Shown in pieces: positions 9,043 through 18,116 of a stretch of 40,025 nt of DNA; position 1 is the stretch's first letter; each line of letters opens with the position of its first letter. The stretch is from an uncultured Gemmatimonadota bacterium (GTDB lineage: Bacteria > GCA-2686955). Where the stretch lies: assembly GCA_964490075.1 (NCBI GenBank), contig CAZBBK010000055.1, positions 1 through 40,025 of the forward strand. The letters are read 5' to 3'. Both the position numbers and the translations under genes were made by a program. A model generated the notes under the pieces. The model saw only the letters and a list, made by a program, of their open reading frames with translations, was not told where the DNA came from and did not search any database.

Positions 9043-10146
9043 CTACTCCTCTTCGTCCTCTTGCGGCAGCCCGGTGGCCAGATCGGGATAGTCCGCGCGC
9101 AGCTGCGCCAATCCCTTTTTGTCCTTCTCCTCCTCCAAGAGCTGCTCGAGCGTCAGGTAGGCGTGCTCGCTGTTGGAGCCGGCCTTCAGGAGCACACGCA
9201 GATGGGTCTCCGCCGCTTCGTTCTCATCGAGCTCGATGAGAGCGGTGATCAGCTGGATGCGGATCTCCGGCGCCTCGGGCAGCGCGGCGGCCGCAACCTC
9301 CAGGGGCTTGCGGGCCTGGGCCCAGTTCTCGGCGCCGGAGTAGAGCATGCCCACCATCCACGAGCAGTCGACGCAGTCAGGGTTCGCCTGGAGCTCTTTC
9401 TCCAGCAAGCTCTGAGCCTTGGCGCGCGCCGGCTCGTCGCCCGCGGCATCGTCGAGATTCGACCGATGGTGCCAGCGGTAGTACTGAACCCACGGCGAGC
9501 TCGGCCATTGCTTGGCGAGAGACTCGTAGGCCTTCGCGGTCGCCGCCGGATCGGGGCTCATCGAGGCCCACTGCCGGTGGACGTTCAGATCGGTGGGATC
9601 GAGAGCCACCGCGCTCTGGTAATGCTCGGCCGCTTCCACCGGCTCCGATGTCCCTTCCAGCATGATGCCGGCCATGTAGTGGGCGAAGGCCGATTCGGGG
9701 TCCGCGGCGACCCACCGCTGCGCGTACTTCGTGCCTTCGGCTTCGCTTCCGGCGTCCCAGTGGGTCTGGGCCAAGGCCGCCAGGATCTGCGGATCTTCGG
9801 GATGCTCCTTCAGCAGAGCGAGCAGTCCTGCCGCGTCCAGCCCGCTCAGATCGAGCTGGGGTGGGGACTCCTCGATCGGGGCGTCCTCGGAAGTCTGCTC
9901 CGCCTCGGGAGGGGCGGACTCCGCGGAGGCGAGCTCCGTGGCCGGCGCCGCCGGCTCCCCCGCGGGCGGGGCCGAGTCGACCGGCGCCAGATCGGTCGCC
10001 GTCGTGCCGCCGAGCTCGGTGCCGGCCTGCGCGTCCAGGTTCCCCGCCTCGTCCGTCGCGGGCGCTCCAGCTTCATCCGAGCCTCCGCAGCCCCAGACCA
10101 GGAGGGCTGCCAGCAACACGGCCTGCGATCGCCAATTCGTCGTCAT
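9043..10146 (-). CDS. TPR-repeat lipoprotein
   Basis: Lipobox-like LVWGC, acidic Pro/Ala-rich linker, TPR-like helices (AHYMAG...EAAEHYQSAVALDP); RBS AAGGAG. Confidence 0.75.
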   Translation of the reverse strand: MTTNWRSQAVLLAALLVWGCGGSDEAGAPATDEAGNLDAQAGTELGGTTATDLAPVDSAPPAGEPAAPATELASAESAPPEAEQTSEDAPIEESPPQLDLSGLDAAGLLALLKEHPEDPQILAALAQTHWDAGSEAEGTKYAQRWVAADPESAFAHYMAGIMLEGTSEPVEAAEHYQSAVALDPTDLNVHRQWASMSPDPAATAKAYESLAKQWPSSPWVQYYRWHHRSNLDDAAGDEPARAKAQSLLEKELQANPDCVDCSWMVGMLYSGAENWAQARKPLEVAAAALPEAPEIRIQLITALIELDENEAAETHLRVLLKAGSNSEHAYLTLEQLLEEEKDKKGLAQLRADYPDLATGLPQEDEEE

Positions 10147-10318
10147 GGTTGCGACTCCTTCGGGTGGTCCCCGGGCGACCGCGTTACGATCGAGCGCGCC
10201 CCCCGGGAATGGCTCGCCGATCGCCCCACCGGCGAGGCGAAGCGACCGCGAGCTGGCGTAGATCGCAAGAGGGTGCAACAACGCGCCGTTCGACGCAACG
10301 GCACGCGTCCCTAATCCG

Positions 10319-11872
10319 TCATTCCACCTCGAGCACGAACTCCGCGCGATCGAGCCAACCCCCCGTGAGCCGCGCCACGGCCTCGACCGAGAAGCGCCCG
10401 GACGGCGCATTGGGGGGCACCTGCACCTGGTAGGCCGACTGGTCGCTGGCTCCGGGAGCGAGGGTGAGGGGCGATCCGGCGTAGAGATCATGCTCGAGCG
10501 GCGCCGGGTCGGCCACCAGAAGCTCCAGCTCGTCGTAGGACTGTGCGGCGCTGCCACCGTTGGTCAGCCGCAGCTCCAGATCGAAGACCGATCCGGGCGC
10601 GACCGGCTGCGTGGGAGAGGCGACCACCTCGAGCTCGAGCCCGGTGCTCAGGTCGATGCTGTAGACCGACCCGCCGTAGCCGGGCTGGCTGGCGTGGATC
10701 CGCTTGCAGGCGAGGGCGAGCTGCGAACCGTCGGCGCGCAGGTCGAGTCCAAAGACCGATCCCGGCGTGTCTAGCACCAAGATCGGGTCGGGATTGGCGC
10801 GCTCGAAAACCACACATTCCGCGTGCGGATACTGCGGGTCTCCCCAGTAGCCGGCGGCGATGCGCGAGCCGTCGGCGGCCACGTCGATATGCTCCAGAAC
10901 ATCCCAGATGAACCAACCGCCGCCCGGCCCGCCGGCGATTTCGCGCGACCAGAGCGGATCGGAGCCCTTGGTGTCGAACACGCCGAGCCAGTTGTGGCCA
11001 CGGCGCGAGGCGTCGGTGGCGCCGATCGCCAGGGTCAGGCCGTCGTCGGAGAGCCCCACCGCGTCGTAGAAGGCATCGGGAGCGCCGGGCATGCGGAAGC
11101 TCCAGAGCAGATCGTAGGCGGCGCCATTGCGCTCCAGCACCTGGACCTGGGTGGGGAAGGCGCCGGCCGCGGCGGCCAGGTAGCGTCCGTCCCAGGACAG
11201 ATCGCAGCCCAGCGAGAGGGTGCCGATATCTTCCCAGAGCACCGCGCCGTCGGCGGTGTCGAAGGCCCAGACTCGCCCCATGTCGTTGGCCACCGCGGTC
11301 CGTCCGTCGCCCGAGACTGAGAGCGCCTCGAAGGAGGCCACCCAGGTCGGCTCGGATGTCATCCACAAGGGGTCGGCGGAGACCGGATCGAAGACCGCCA
11401 AGTAGACGTTGACCGCGCTGGCCGCTCCGGCCACGATGCGCGAGCCGTCGGCCGATACCTCGCCGCGGGCGAAGAGCGCCCCCTGGGGAAACTCGAACTG
11501 CCAGTCCGGCTCCGAGCTGTCGCCGGTCCACTTGTAGACGCCGCTGCGGGAGTTGGTCAGGTCGCTGTAGACCAGGACCCGTGTGGCGCCGTCCGCCGAC
11601 ATGGAGAACTGGGCGTCGACGGTCTGCGGCTGAATCGGGTATCGCCACAGCGGCGCGGCGTCGCCCTGGGCGTCGAAGAGGGCGGCGGTGGCGGGCTGGT
11701 AGCCGGCCGCGCTGAGAATGCGGTCGCCCGGATCGCTCAGGGCCACGCCGAGCGGGGTCTGTGTGGTGATCGAGCCGTCCCAGATCACGCCGGTGAAGCG
11801 TTGGGCGCCGGCCGTGGGGGGCGACAGAGCGAGGACGAGGAGAGCCGGCAACAGGGTTGCTGCGCGAGACAT
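10319..11872 (-). CDS. Secreted WD40/PQQ-like beta-propeller with C-terminal Ig-like domain
   Basis: Signal peptide ending AGA-Q; repeated S/A-x-DG blades (MSADG, VSADG, VSGDG, LSWDG, LSDDG, VAADG, LRADG) and P-L-W motifs; GGAGG RBS. Confidence 0.8.
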   Translation of the reverse strand: MSRAATLLPALLVLALSPPTAGAQRFTGVIWDGSITTQTPLGVALSDPGDRILSAAGYQPATAALFDAQGDAAPLWRYPIQPQTVDAQFSMSADGATRVLVYSDLTNSRSGVYKWTGDSSEPDWQFEFPQGALFARGEVSADGSRIVAGAASAVNVYLAVFDPVSADPLWMTSEPTWVASFEALSVSGDGRTAVANDMGRVWAFDTADGAVLWEDIGTLSLGCDLSWDGRYLAAAAGAFPTQVQVLERNGAAYDLLWSFRMPGAPDAFYDAVGLSDDGLTLAIGATDASRRGHNWLGVFDTKGSDPLWSREIAGGPGGGWFIWDVLEHIDVAADGSRIAAGYWGDPQYPHAECVVFERANPDPILVLDTPGSVFGLDLRADGSQLALACKRIHASQPGYGGSVYSIDLSTGLELEVVASPTQPVAPGSVFDLELRLTNGGSAAQSYDELELLVADPAPLEHDLYAGSPLTLAPGASDQSAYQVQVPPNAPSGRFSVEAVARLTGGWLDRAEFVLEVE

Positions 11873-12170
11873 GGTGCCTCCGTTCGTGGACGAACTCCCG
11901 GCATGCGCCACTGGCGACGTGGCGCGCGCGTGAACGAGAGCTCGAACGGGACCTGGCGCCGAACGCGGGATCTTGCGGCCGCTCGGCTCCGAGGAGAATC
12001 CTAACGCGGCCCGGGGTGGTGTGCTCTCCAATTCCCCTTCGGACTTCGCGGCGAATCCGAGCGCCAACGCCGCGGTGGCCTCGACACCATCCGCCGCGCG
12101 GGCTGGGCGTGTTGGAATTGACCTTGTCGGCGGAGTCGGACACGGATCGTCAGCGGCTATAGAGTCGCTC

Positions 12171-12569
12171 ATGGGCATGGGAATGAACATCGTCACATCG
12201 GCGCGGACTTGGCGGGGCCCACTCCTGGCAATCGGGCTGCTGGCGCCGCCCGTCGATCTCGGCAGCTCGGCTGGCGCCGACACCACGCCACCACCTCGCA
12301 CGATTCGCGTGCCCGCGGAGCTGCCGACGATTCAGTCCGCGCTGGACGTCGCCGACAACGGCGACTCGATCGTGGTCGCGCCCGGCTCGCCAGCCATCGA
12401 CGCCGGCGATCCCCTGGTCCTGGACGAGATCTCCGACTGGCATCCGCGCTGGCCCGCGCGGGTCCCCAACGGCCCGCGCTCCGATATGGGCGCTTACGGG
12501 GGCGAGGGCAACCGCGGCTGGTTGGCCGAGTTGGAGGTCGGCGTGATCGAAAGCCGCCACTCGGAGTAG
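12171..12569 (+). pseudogene. Internally deleted right-handed beta-helix (pectin-lyase-like) secreted protein
   Basis: N-cap TIRVPAELPTIQSALDVADNGDSIVVAPG joined directly to C-cap SPAIDAGDP...RSDMGAYGG with no beta-helix repeats between. Confidence 0.6.
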
Positions 12570-12637
12570 AATCACCGGGCGCCCTTCCGAGAAGGAGCGG
12601 GTCGCAGCGAATCGCCTCGACCAGACAGGACAAAACC

Positions 12638-13840
12638 GTGAAGAAGATCTACCTGACCAAGTACGAGCAAAGCCGCTTCGGCAAGCTGCCGGAGATCTCA
12701 GTGGACCAGATGGTCGCCGCCGCCGGCGCCCAGGGCCTCGAAGAGATCGACCGAGACCGGATCGACCACATCGCGATCGCCGGGCTCTTGACCCCGATGC
12801 TGAACGATCAGTGCCTGCTGGGCGGCCTGGTGGCGATGGACCCGGTCTACACCAACAAGAGCATCAAGGGGGTCGCCAATGCCTGCGATTCCGGTGGCCT
12901 GGCGGTGCTCGACTGCGCCACCCAGATCCTCGCCGGCCGCGCCCACGCCACCTGTGCGATCGGCCTGGAGAAGATGAACCCGAGCGAGGGCAAGCTCGAC
13001 TCGACCATGATCGGCACCGCGCTCGGCACCGCGGCGCACCGTGAAGACACGTTTCCGCCCTTCACCTTCCCGCATCTCTTCGCGATCATCATGGATCGCT
13101 ACATGAAGGCCTACGACTGCACCGAGGAGCAGTTCGCGGAGATCCCGCCGCTCTTCTACGAAAATGCGTCGCACAATCCCCTGGCGCACATGCACAAGAC
13201 CAAGGCCCCGGTCACGCCGCAGGCGGTGCTGGAGAGCTATCGCTTGTTCAGCGAGCCGGAGGAGCTGCCGCTGAAACTCTTCGAATGCTCGCAGATTTCC
13301 GACGGCTGGGCGCGCATCCTGGTGTGCGACGAAGAGGGATTGGCGGCGCTGGGGATCGACAAGTCGCAAGCGACCGAGCTGGCTGGATTCGCCCAGGCCA
13401 CCGACAGTCTCTCGATCGCCTCGCGCGGCGAGCGGTTGCTGCAGCCGGTGGGCGCCAGGCGCGCCTTCGACGACGCGATGGCGATGGCCGGAGCGGCCAG
13501 CGCCGACATCTCCTTCCAGGAGGTCCACGACTGCTTTTCGGTGATGGGACCGATCGCCGCCGAGACCACCGGACTGGCGCCGGCCGGGCAAGGGCTGCGC
13601 TACTTCCTCGACGGCCACGCCGCCCGCGCGGGCAAGTGCCCGATCAACACCTCGGGCGGCCTGATCGCCAAGGGCCATCCGATCGCCGCGACCGGGGTGG
13701 CGATGGTCGGCTGGGTGCACAACCAGATCCTGGGCAAGGTGCCCGAAGCGCTGCGCCTGGCGCGCGCCGAGCTCGGCACCACGCTGAACATCGGCGGACC
13801 GATCTGCAGCACGGTGGTGACGGTGCAGCGCGGGGCGTGA
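12638..13840 (+). CDS. SCP2-type thiolase / acetyl-CoA acetyltransferase family protein
   Basis: NACDSGG, CSQISDG, EVHDCF, NTSGGLIAKGHPIAATG, NIGG; GTG start with AGGA RBS. Confidence 0.88.
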   Translation: MKKIYLTKYEQSRFGKLPEISVDQMVAAAGAQGLEEIDRDRIDHIAIAGLLTPMLNDQCLLGGLVAMDPVYTNKSIKGVANACDSGGLAVLDCATQILAGRAHATCAIGLEKMNPSEGKLDSTMIGTALGTAAHREDTFPPFTFPHLFAIIMDRYMKAYDCTEEQFAEIPPLFYENASHNPLAHMHKTKAPVTPQAVLESYRLFSEPEELPLKLFECSQISDGWARILVCDEEGLAALGIDKSQATELAGFAQATDSLSIASRGERLLQPVGARRAFDDAMAMAGAASADISFQEVHDCFSVMGPIAAETTGLAPAGQGLRYFLDGHAARAGKCPINTSGGLIAKGHPIAATGVAMVGWVHNQILGKVPEALRLARAELGTTLNIGGPICSTVVTVQRGA

Positions 13841-13891
13841 ACGGCGGCGGCGGCGACGGCTCGGCGAGACCGAGGCGCGCGCCGCCGCGCG

Positions 13892-13928
13892 ATAGAGACG
13901 TTTTATCGGGGCCATAGAGACGCCCACC
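13892..13928. promoter_or_regulatory. LysR-type (OxyR/CcpC-like) binding site upstream of the hdrC-like gene
   Basis: ATAG-N7-TTAT-N7-ATAG-N7-cacc with direct repeat ATAGAGACG at 13892 and 13914 in an AT-rich patch. Confidence 0.5.
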
Positions 13929-14106
13929 GCGGCGAAAATTTATATCGGGCCGAACAAGGGATCTTCTCGGGCGATTAACGAAGTACGCCACAACGACTTG
14001 CGTCGCACCGGCGGGATTCCGGGCCGAGGCGACGAAGAGACGATTGTGGTGTATCTTCTCTGATGTCGAATCGGCGGGATCCTCGATCCTTTTTATCCGA
14101 TCGCAC

Positions 14107-14532
14107 ATGAAGGACCGCCGTCCGCGCCACCGCCGAACCAAGCCAAGCGAGAGAGACCTGCCCATGGTTGAGAAGATCAACGAGATCTCCGGCGAGAACC
14201 TGCGCAAGTGTATGCAGTGCGGAACCTGCAGTGCCATCTGCCCGATGGGCGAGGCGATGCCGATCACGCCGCGGCGCGGCATGATGCTGCTGCAGTACGG
14301 AGAGATCGAGGCGGTGCAGGAGGCCGCCATCGGCACCTTCTGCGCCTCCTGCCATACCTGCGAGGTGCGCTGCCCGCGCGGCATCAGCGTGGCGAAGGTC
14401 TACGAGGCGGTGCGGCTCCTGGCGCTGCGCGACAACATCAATCTGATCGAGCCCGAGGCGATCCCCAAGGAGACCCTGGCCGAGGCTCCGCAGATCGCTT
14501 TCGTGAGCGGCTTTCGCAAACTGACGGCGTGA
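14107..14532 (+). CDS. hdrC: HdrC-like 2x[4Fe-4S] protein (start may be 14164)
   Basis: ISGENLRKCMQCGTCSAICP and CASCHTCEVRCPRGI; adjacent to HdrB-like gene. Confidence 0.8.
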   Translation: MKDRRPRHRRTKPSERDLPMVEKINEISGENLRKCMQCGTCSAICPMGEAMPITPRRGMMLLQYGEIEAVQEAAIGTFCASCHTCEVRCPRGISVAKVYEAVRLLALRDNINLIEPEAIPKETLAEAPQIAFVSGFRKLTA

Positions 14533-14539
14533 GGAAACG

Positions 14540-15424
14540 ATGAAGCTCGCCTACTACCCCGGCTGCACGCTCAAGACCAAGGCGCAGAACCTCGACCGCT
14601 CGGCGATGGCGGCGCTCGAGGCGCTCGGCGTGGAGGCCCTCGAGCTACCGCGCTGGAACTGCTGCGGCGCTGTGTTCTCGCTCGCCGACGACGACCTGAT
14701 CCACCACCTGGCGCCGGTGCGCAACCTGATCCGCACCATGGAGTCGGGCTGCGACACGCTGGTGACGCTCTGCTCCCAGTGCTACAACACCCTGGCGCGC
14801 GCCAATCTCTTGATGCGCGAAGACGCCGAGAAGCGCGACACGATCAACCGCTTCATGACCGAGGAGCCGGACTACGCCGGCGAGATCGAGGTGCAGCACT
14901 ATCTCAGCTTCCTGCGCGATTCGGTCGGCTGGGAGAAGCTGCGCGCGGCGGTCGAGGTGCCGCTCGAGGGGCTGAAGGTGGCGCCCTTCTACGGCTGCAC
15001 GCTGCTCAGGCCGAACGAGGTGGCGATCGACGGCGGCCCCAGTCCGCGTCTCTTCGATGAGTTCCTGGCCGCACTCGGCGCCGAGCCGACGCGCTTCTCC
15101 GCCGCCACCGAGTGCTGCGGCTCCTACCAGTGCCTGATCCACGCCGACGCGGAGTCGGAGCGGGCCGCCGAGGTGCTGGCTTCGGCCGAACGCGCGGCGG
15201 CCGACGCGCTGGCGCTGAGCTGCCCGCTCTGCGAGTACAACCTCGGCACACGGCAAGGCGCCGTGCTCGAAGGGCGCGAGGGTCTCGCCCCGCTGCCCAC
15301 CTACTACTTCTCGCAGCTCCTGGCGCTGGCTCTCGGGCTCGACCCGGAGCTGTGCCGTTTCGATCTGAATCAGCCGCCGGCCTTGCAGCTCGTGCAAGAG
15401 CGGGACTTCGTCTCCTCGTCATGA
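14540..15424 (+). CDS. hdrB: HdrB-like CCG-domain protein
   Basis: YYPGC, WNCCG, LCSQCYN, FYGC, ECCG, SCPLCEYNL (two CCG domains). Confidence 0.88.
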   Translation: MKLAYYPGCTLKTKAQNLDRSAMAALEALGVEALELPRWNCCGAVFSLADDDLIHHLAPVRNLIRTMESGCDTLVTLCSQCYNTLARANLLMREDAEKRDTINRFMTEEPDYAGEIEVQHYLSFLRDSVGWEKLRAAVEVPLEGLKVAPFYGCTLLRPNEVAIDGGPSPRLFDEFLAALGAEPTRFSAATECCGSYQCLIHADAESERAAEVLASAERAAADALALSCPLCEYNLGTRQGAVLEGREGLAPLPTYYFSQLLALALGLDPELCRFDLNQPPALQLVQERDFVSSS

Positions 15425-15448
15425 GGGGACCGGCACGAAAGGGCAACG

Positions 15449-16207
15449 ATGGGAACGAGTGACAACGGAAAGAGCACGGCCGCGATCGAAATGATACCGG
15501 TGTTCGTGATGGGCAAGCGCTACGAGGTGCCCGCCGAGCTCACGATCATGAAGGCGATGGAGTTCGCCGGGTATCAGTACATTCGCGGCTGCGGCTGTCG
15601 CGGCGGAATCTGCGGGGCTTGCGCGACGGTCTATCGCAAGGCCGGGGACTATCGGATCTACACCGGGCTGGCCTGCCAGACGGTGATCGAGCCCGATATG
15701 TACCTGACCCAGATCCCCTTCTACCCGGCCAACCGGGCCGGCTACGACTACGCAGCCGTGGCGGCGGAGCCGGAGACGATCTTCCAGCTATACCCCGAGC
15801 TCTTCCGCTGCGTGGCCTGCAACGCCTGCACCAAGGTCTGCCCGATGGACGTCCAGGTGATGGACTACATCGCGGAGCTGAAACGCGGCGATATCGAGAA
15901 GGCGGCCGAGACCTCGTTCGACTGCATCCAGTGCGGACTCTGCGCCAGCCGCTGCATGGGCGAGCTGGCCCAGTATCACATCGCGCAGCTGGCGCGCCGT
16001 CTGGCCGGCGGCAAGCTGGCGCCGCGCGCCGAGCACCTGGCCAAGATGGTCGAGTCGATCGAATCCGGCGCCTTCGAGGGGATGCTCGAAGAGCTGAAGA
16101 CGATGGACGCGGAGAAGCTGCGTGCGCTCTATGTCGAGCGCGAGATGGAGCCGCACATGACGGGCGAGGACTGGCGACCCGCCGAGACCGTCGGATTGGC
16201 GACATAA
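15449..16207 (+). CDS. SdhB/FrdB/TfrB-like Fe-S protein ([2Fe-2S] plus 2x[4Fe-4S])
   Basis: GCGCRGGICGAC...LAC; CVACNACTKVCP; CIQCGLCASRC. Confidence 0.85.
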   Translation: MGTSDNGKSTAAIEMIPVFVMGKRYEVPAELTIMKAMEFAGYQYIRGCGCRGGICGACATVYRKAGDYRIYTGLACQTVIEPDMYLTQIPFYPANRAGYDYAAVAAEPETIFQLYPELFRCVACNACTKVCPMDVQVMDYIAELKRGDIEKAAETSFDCIQCGLCASRCMGELAQYHIAQLARRLAGGKLAPRAEHLAKMVESIESGAFEGMLEELKTMDAEKLRALYVEREMEPHMTGEDWRPAETVGLAT

Positions 16208-16273
16208 TAGACGCGCAGCGCGGATGAGCACTCCCAGGCTCCCGAACGCCCGCAGAAGGAAACGAGAGAAACG

Positions 16274-17944
16274 ATGCCTTATCCCGAATCACTCCAGGAG
16301 CTGATCAAGGCGGTGGAGAAGACCCGGCCGGAGCGGGTGGAGCGCAAACGCAAGGGGGAGGAGGTCCCCTTCCTCGATCTCGATCAGCGCAAAGAGGTGC
16401 TGCACTTTCACCCGGACCACCGGGCCGAGGGACGGCGCGAGCTGGCGGTGGGGCCGAGCAAGGGTTATGGGATCCCGCATGAGATCGCCGACCTGCTCGA
16501 AGCGCGGCCGCGGGTGCAGCCCGACAAGGTCGATCTCTCGCATCCCGACTACGAGACCGATCTCCTGGTGATCGGCGGCGGCGGCGCGGGATCGTCGGCG
16601 GCGATCATCGCCCAGCAGCAGGGCGTGAAGACGATCGTGGCGACCAAGCTGCGCCACGGCGACGCCAACACCATGATGGCGGAGGGCGGCATCCAGGCCG
16701 CCACCAAGGGCGAGAAGGACTCTCCCTACTTCCACTACCTCGACGTGCTAGGCGGCGGCCACTTCACCAACGTGCCGGAGCTGGCCGAGGCGCTGGCGGT
16801 CAACGCGCCCGACGCGATCCGTTGGTTGGAGCACCTGGGGGTCGGCTTCTCCAAGGACGCCGAGGGCCGCCTGATGACCATCCACGGCGGTGGAACCTCG
16901 CGCAAGCGTATGCACTACGCCGCCGACATCACCGGCGCCGAGATCATGCGCACGCTGCGCGACGAGGTGCGCAACCGCGCGGGCGACATCGAGGTGCTGG
17001 AGTTCAGCCCGGCAGTGGAGCTGATCCTGAACGAGCACGGCCACTGCGCCGGCGCGGTGCTCTACAACATGGAGACCCAGGAGTATTTCGCGGTCAAGGC
17101 CAAGGCGGTGCTGATGGCGACCGGCGGCTGCGGCCGGCTGCACATCCAGAACTTCATGACCACCAACCACTACGGCGCCACGGCCGACGGCATCGTGCTG
17201 GGCTACCGGGCCGGCGTGCCGGTGGCCTTCCTGCACACCGTGCAGTACCACCCGACCGGAATCGTCTTCCCGGAGCAGGCCGAAGGGATCCTGATCACCG
17301 AGAAGTTCCGCGGCGCCGGCGCCAACCTGGTCAACGTCGAGGGCCAGCAGTTCGTCAACGAGCGCGAGCCGCGCGACGTCGAGGCGGCGTCGATCATCAA
17401 GGAGTGCGTCTCGAAGGAGCTGGGGGTGCCGACCCCCACCGGCAAGCTCGGCATCTGGCTCGACTCGCCGATGATCGAGATGCTCGAGGGCGAGGGAACG
17501 GTGCGCCGCGAGTTCCCGGGCAAGTACATCCTCTACAAGCGCTTCGGCATCGACATCTCGAAGCAGCCGATGCTGATCTATCCGACCCTGCACTATCAGA
17601 ACGGCGGGCTCGAGTTCCAGGCCGACGGCGGCACCTGCCTGCCCGGCCTCTTCGTGGCCGGCGAGGTCGGGGGCGGAATCCACGGCGCCAACCGCCTGAT
17701 GGGCAACTCGCTGCTCGACATCGTGGTGTTCGGGCGGATCGCGGGCGCTTCGTCCGCCGACTACATCAGCTCGCAGGCGAAGGATGGGGCGTTGACCCTG
17801 GATCATGCGCGCGACTACCAGCAGGAGCTGGAGAAGAGCGACGTGGGCGGCGACCGGGTGGCCCCGGCGCTGATCCCCGACTACACCGACCCGGAACTCA
17901 AGGCGCGCCAGCTCACCACCAGCTACGTTGGCAACGTGCGCTGA
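16274..17944 (+). CDS. Fumarate reductase/succinate dehydrogenase flavoprotein (TfrA-like, probably non-covalent FAD)
   Basis: GGGGAG, NTMMAEGGI, TG..IM, QYHPTG, LITEKFRG, EPRDV, LHYQNGG, HGANRLMGNSL. Confidence 0.88.
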   Translation: MPYPESLQELIKAVEKTRPERVERKRKGEEVPFLDLDQRKEVLHFHPDHRAEGRRELAVGPSKGYGIPHEIADLLEARPRVQPDKVDLSHPDYETDLLVIGGGGAGSSAAIIAQQQGVKTIVATKLRHGDANTMMAEGGIQAATKGEKDSPYFHYLDVLGGGHFTNVPELAEALAVNAPDAIRWLEHLGVGFSKDAEGRLMTIHGGGTSRKRMHYAADITGAEIMRTLRDEVRNRAGDIEVLEFSPAVELILNEHGHCAGAVLYNMETQEYFAVKAKAVLMATGGCGRLHIQNFMTTNHYGATADGIVLGYRAGVPVAFLHTVQYHPTGIVFPEQAEGILITEKFRGAGANLVNVEGQQFVNEREPRDVEAASIIKECVSKELGVPTPTGKLGIWLDSPMIEMLEGEGTVRREFPGKYILYKRFGIDISKQPMLIYPTLHYQNGGLEFQADGGTCLPGLFVAGEVGGGIHGANRLMGNSLLDIVVFGRIAGASSADYISSQAKDGALTLDHARDYQQELEKSDVGGDRVAPALIPDYTDPELKARQLTTSYVGNVR

Positions 17945-18017
17945 GATCGGCGGGGCGAGTCTCGCCCACTATGGAAATCGACTGCATCACGCCGGAAAGT
18001 GGCTGCTGGTTGGGCTA

Positions 18018-18032
18018 GATTCAATTTGAATC
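18018..18032. promoter_or_regulatory. Palindromic operator candidate
   Basis: GATTCAA-T-TTGAATC, a perfect AT-rich inverted repeat about 85 bp upstream of 18117. Confidence 0.4.
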
Positions 18033-18116
18033 GCCGCTCGGCCCAGCCGCCGGTTTCGAGACGCCCGCGTCCGGTCGAGGGGAGCGATCCGGTCGCGATC
18101 CACAAGGAGGCGTCCC

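Noticed and set aside
16274-17944. L-aspartate oxidase (nadB)
   Set aside because: No nadA/nadC nearby and it is linked to Fe-S and CCG subunits; not fully excluded without a phylogeny
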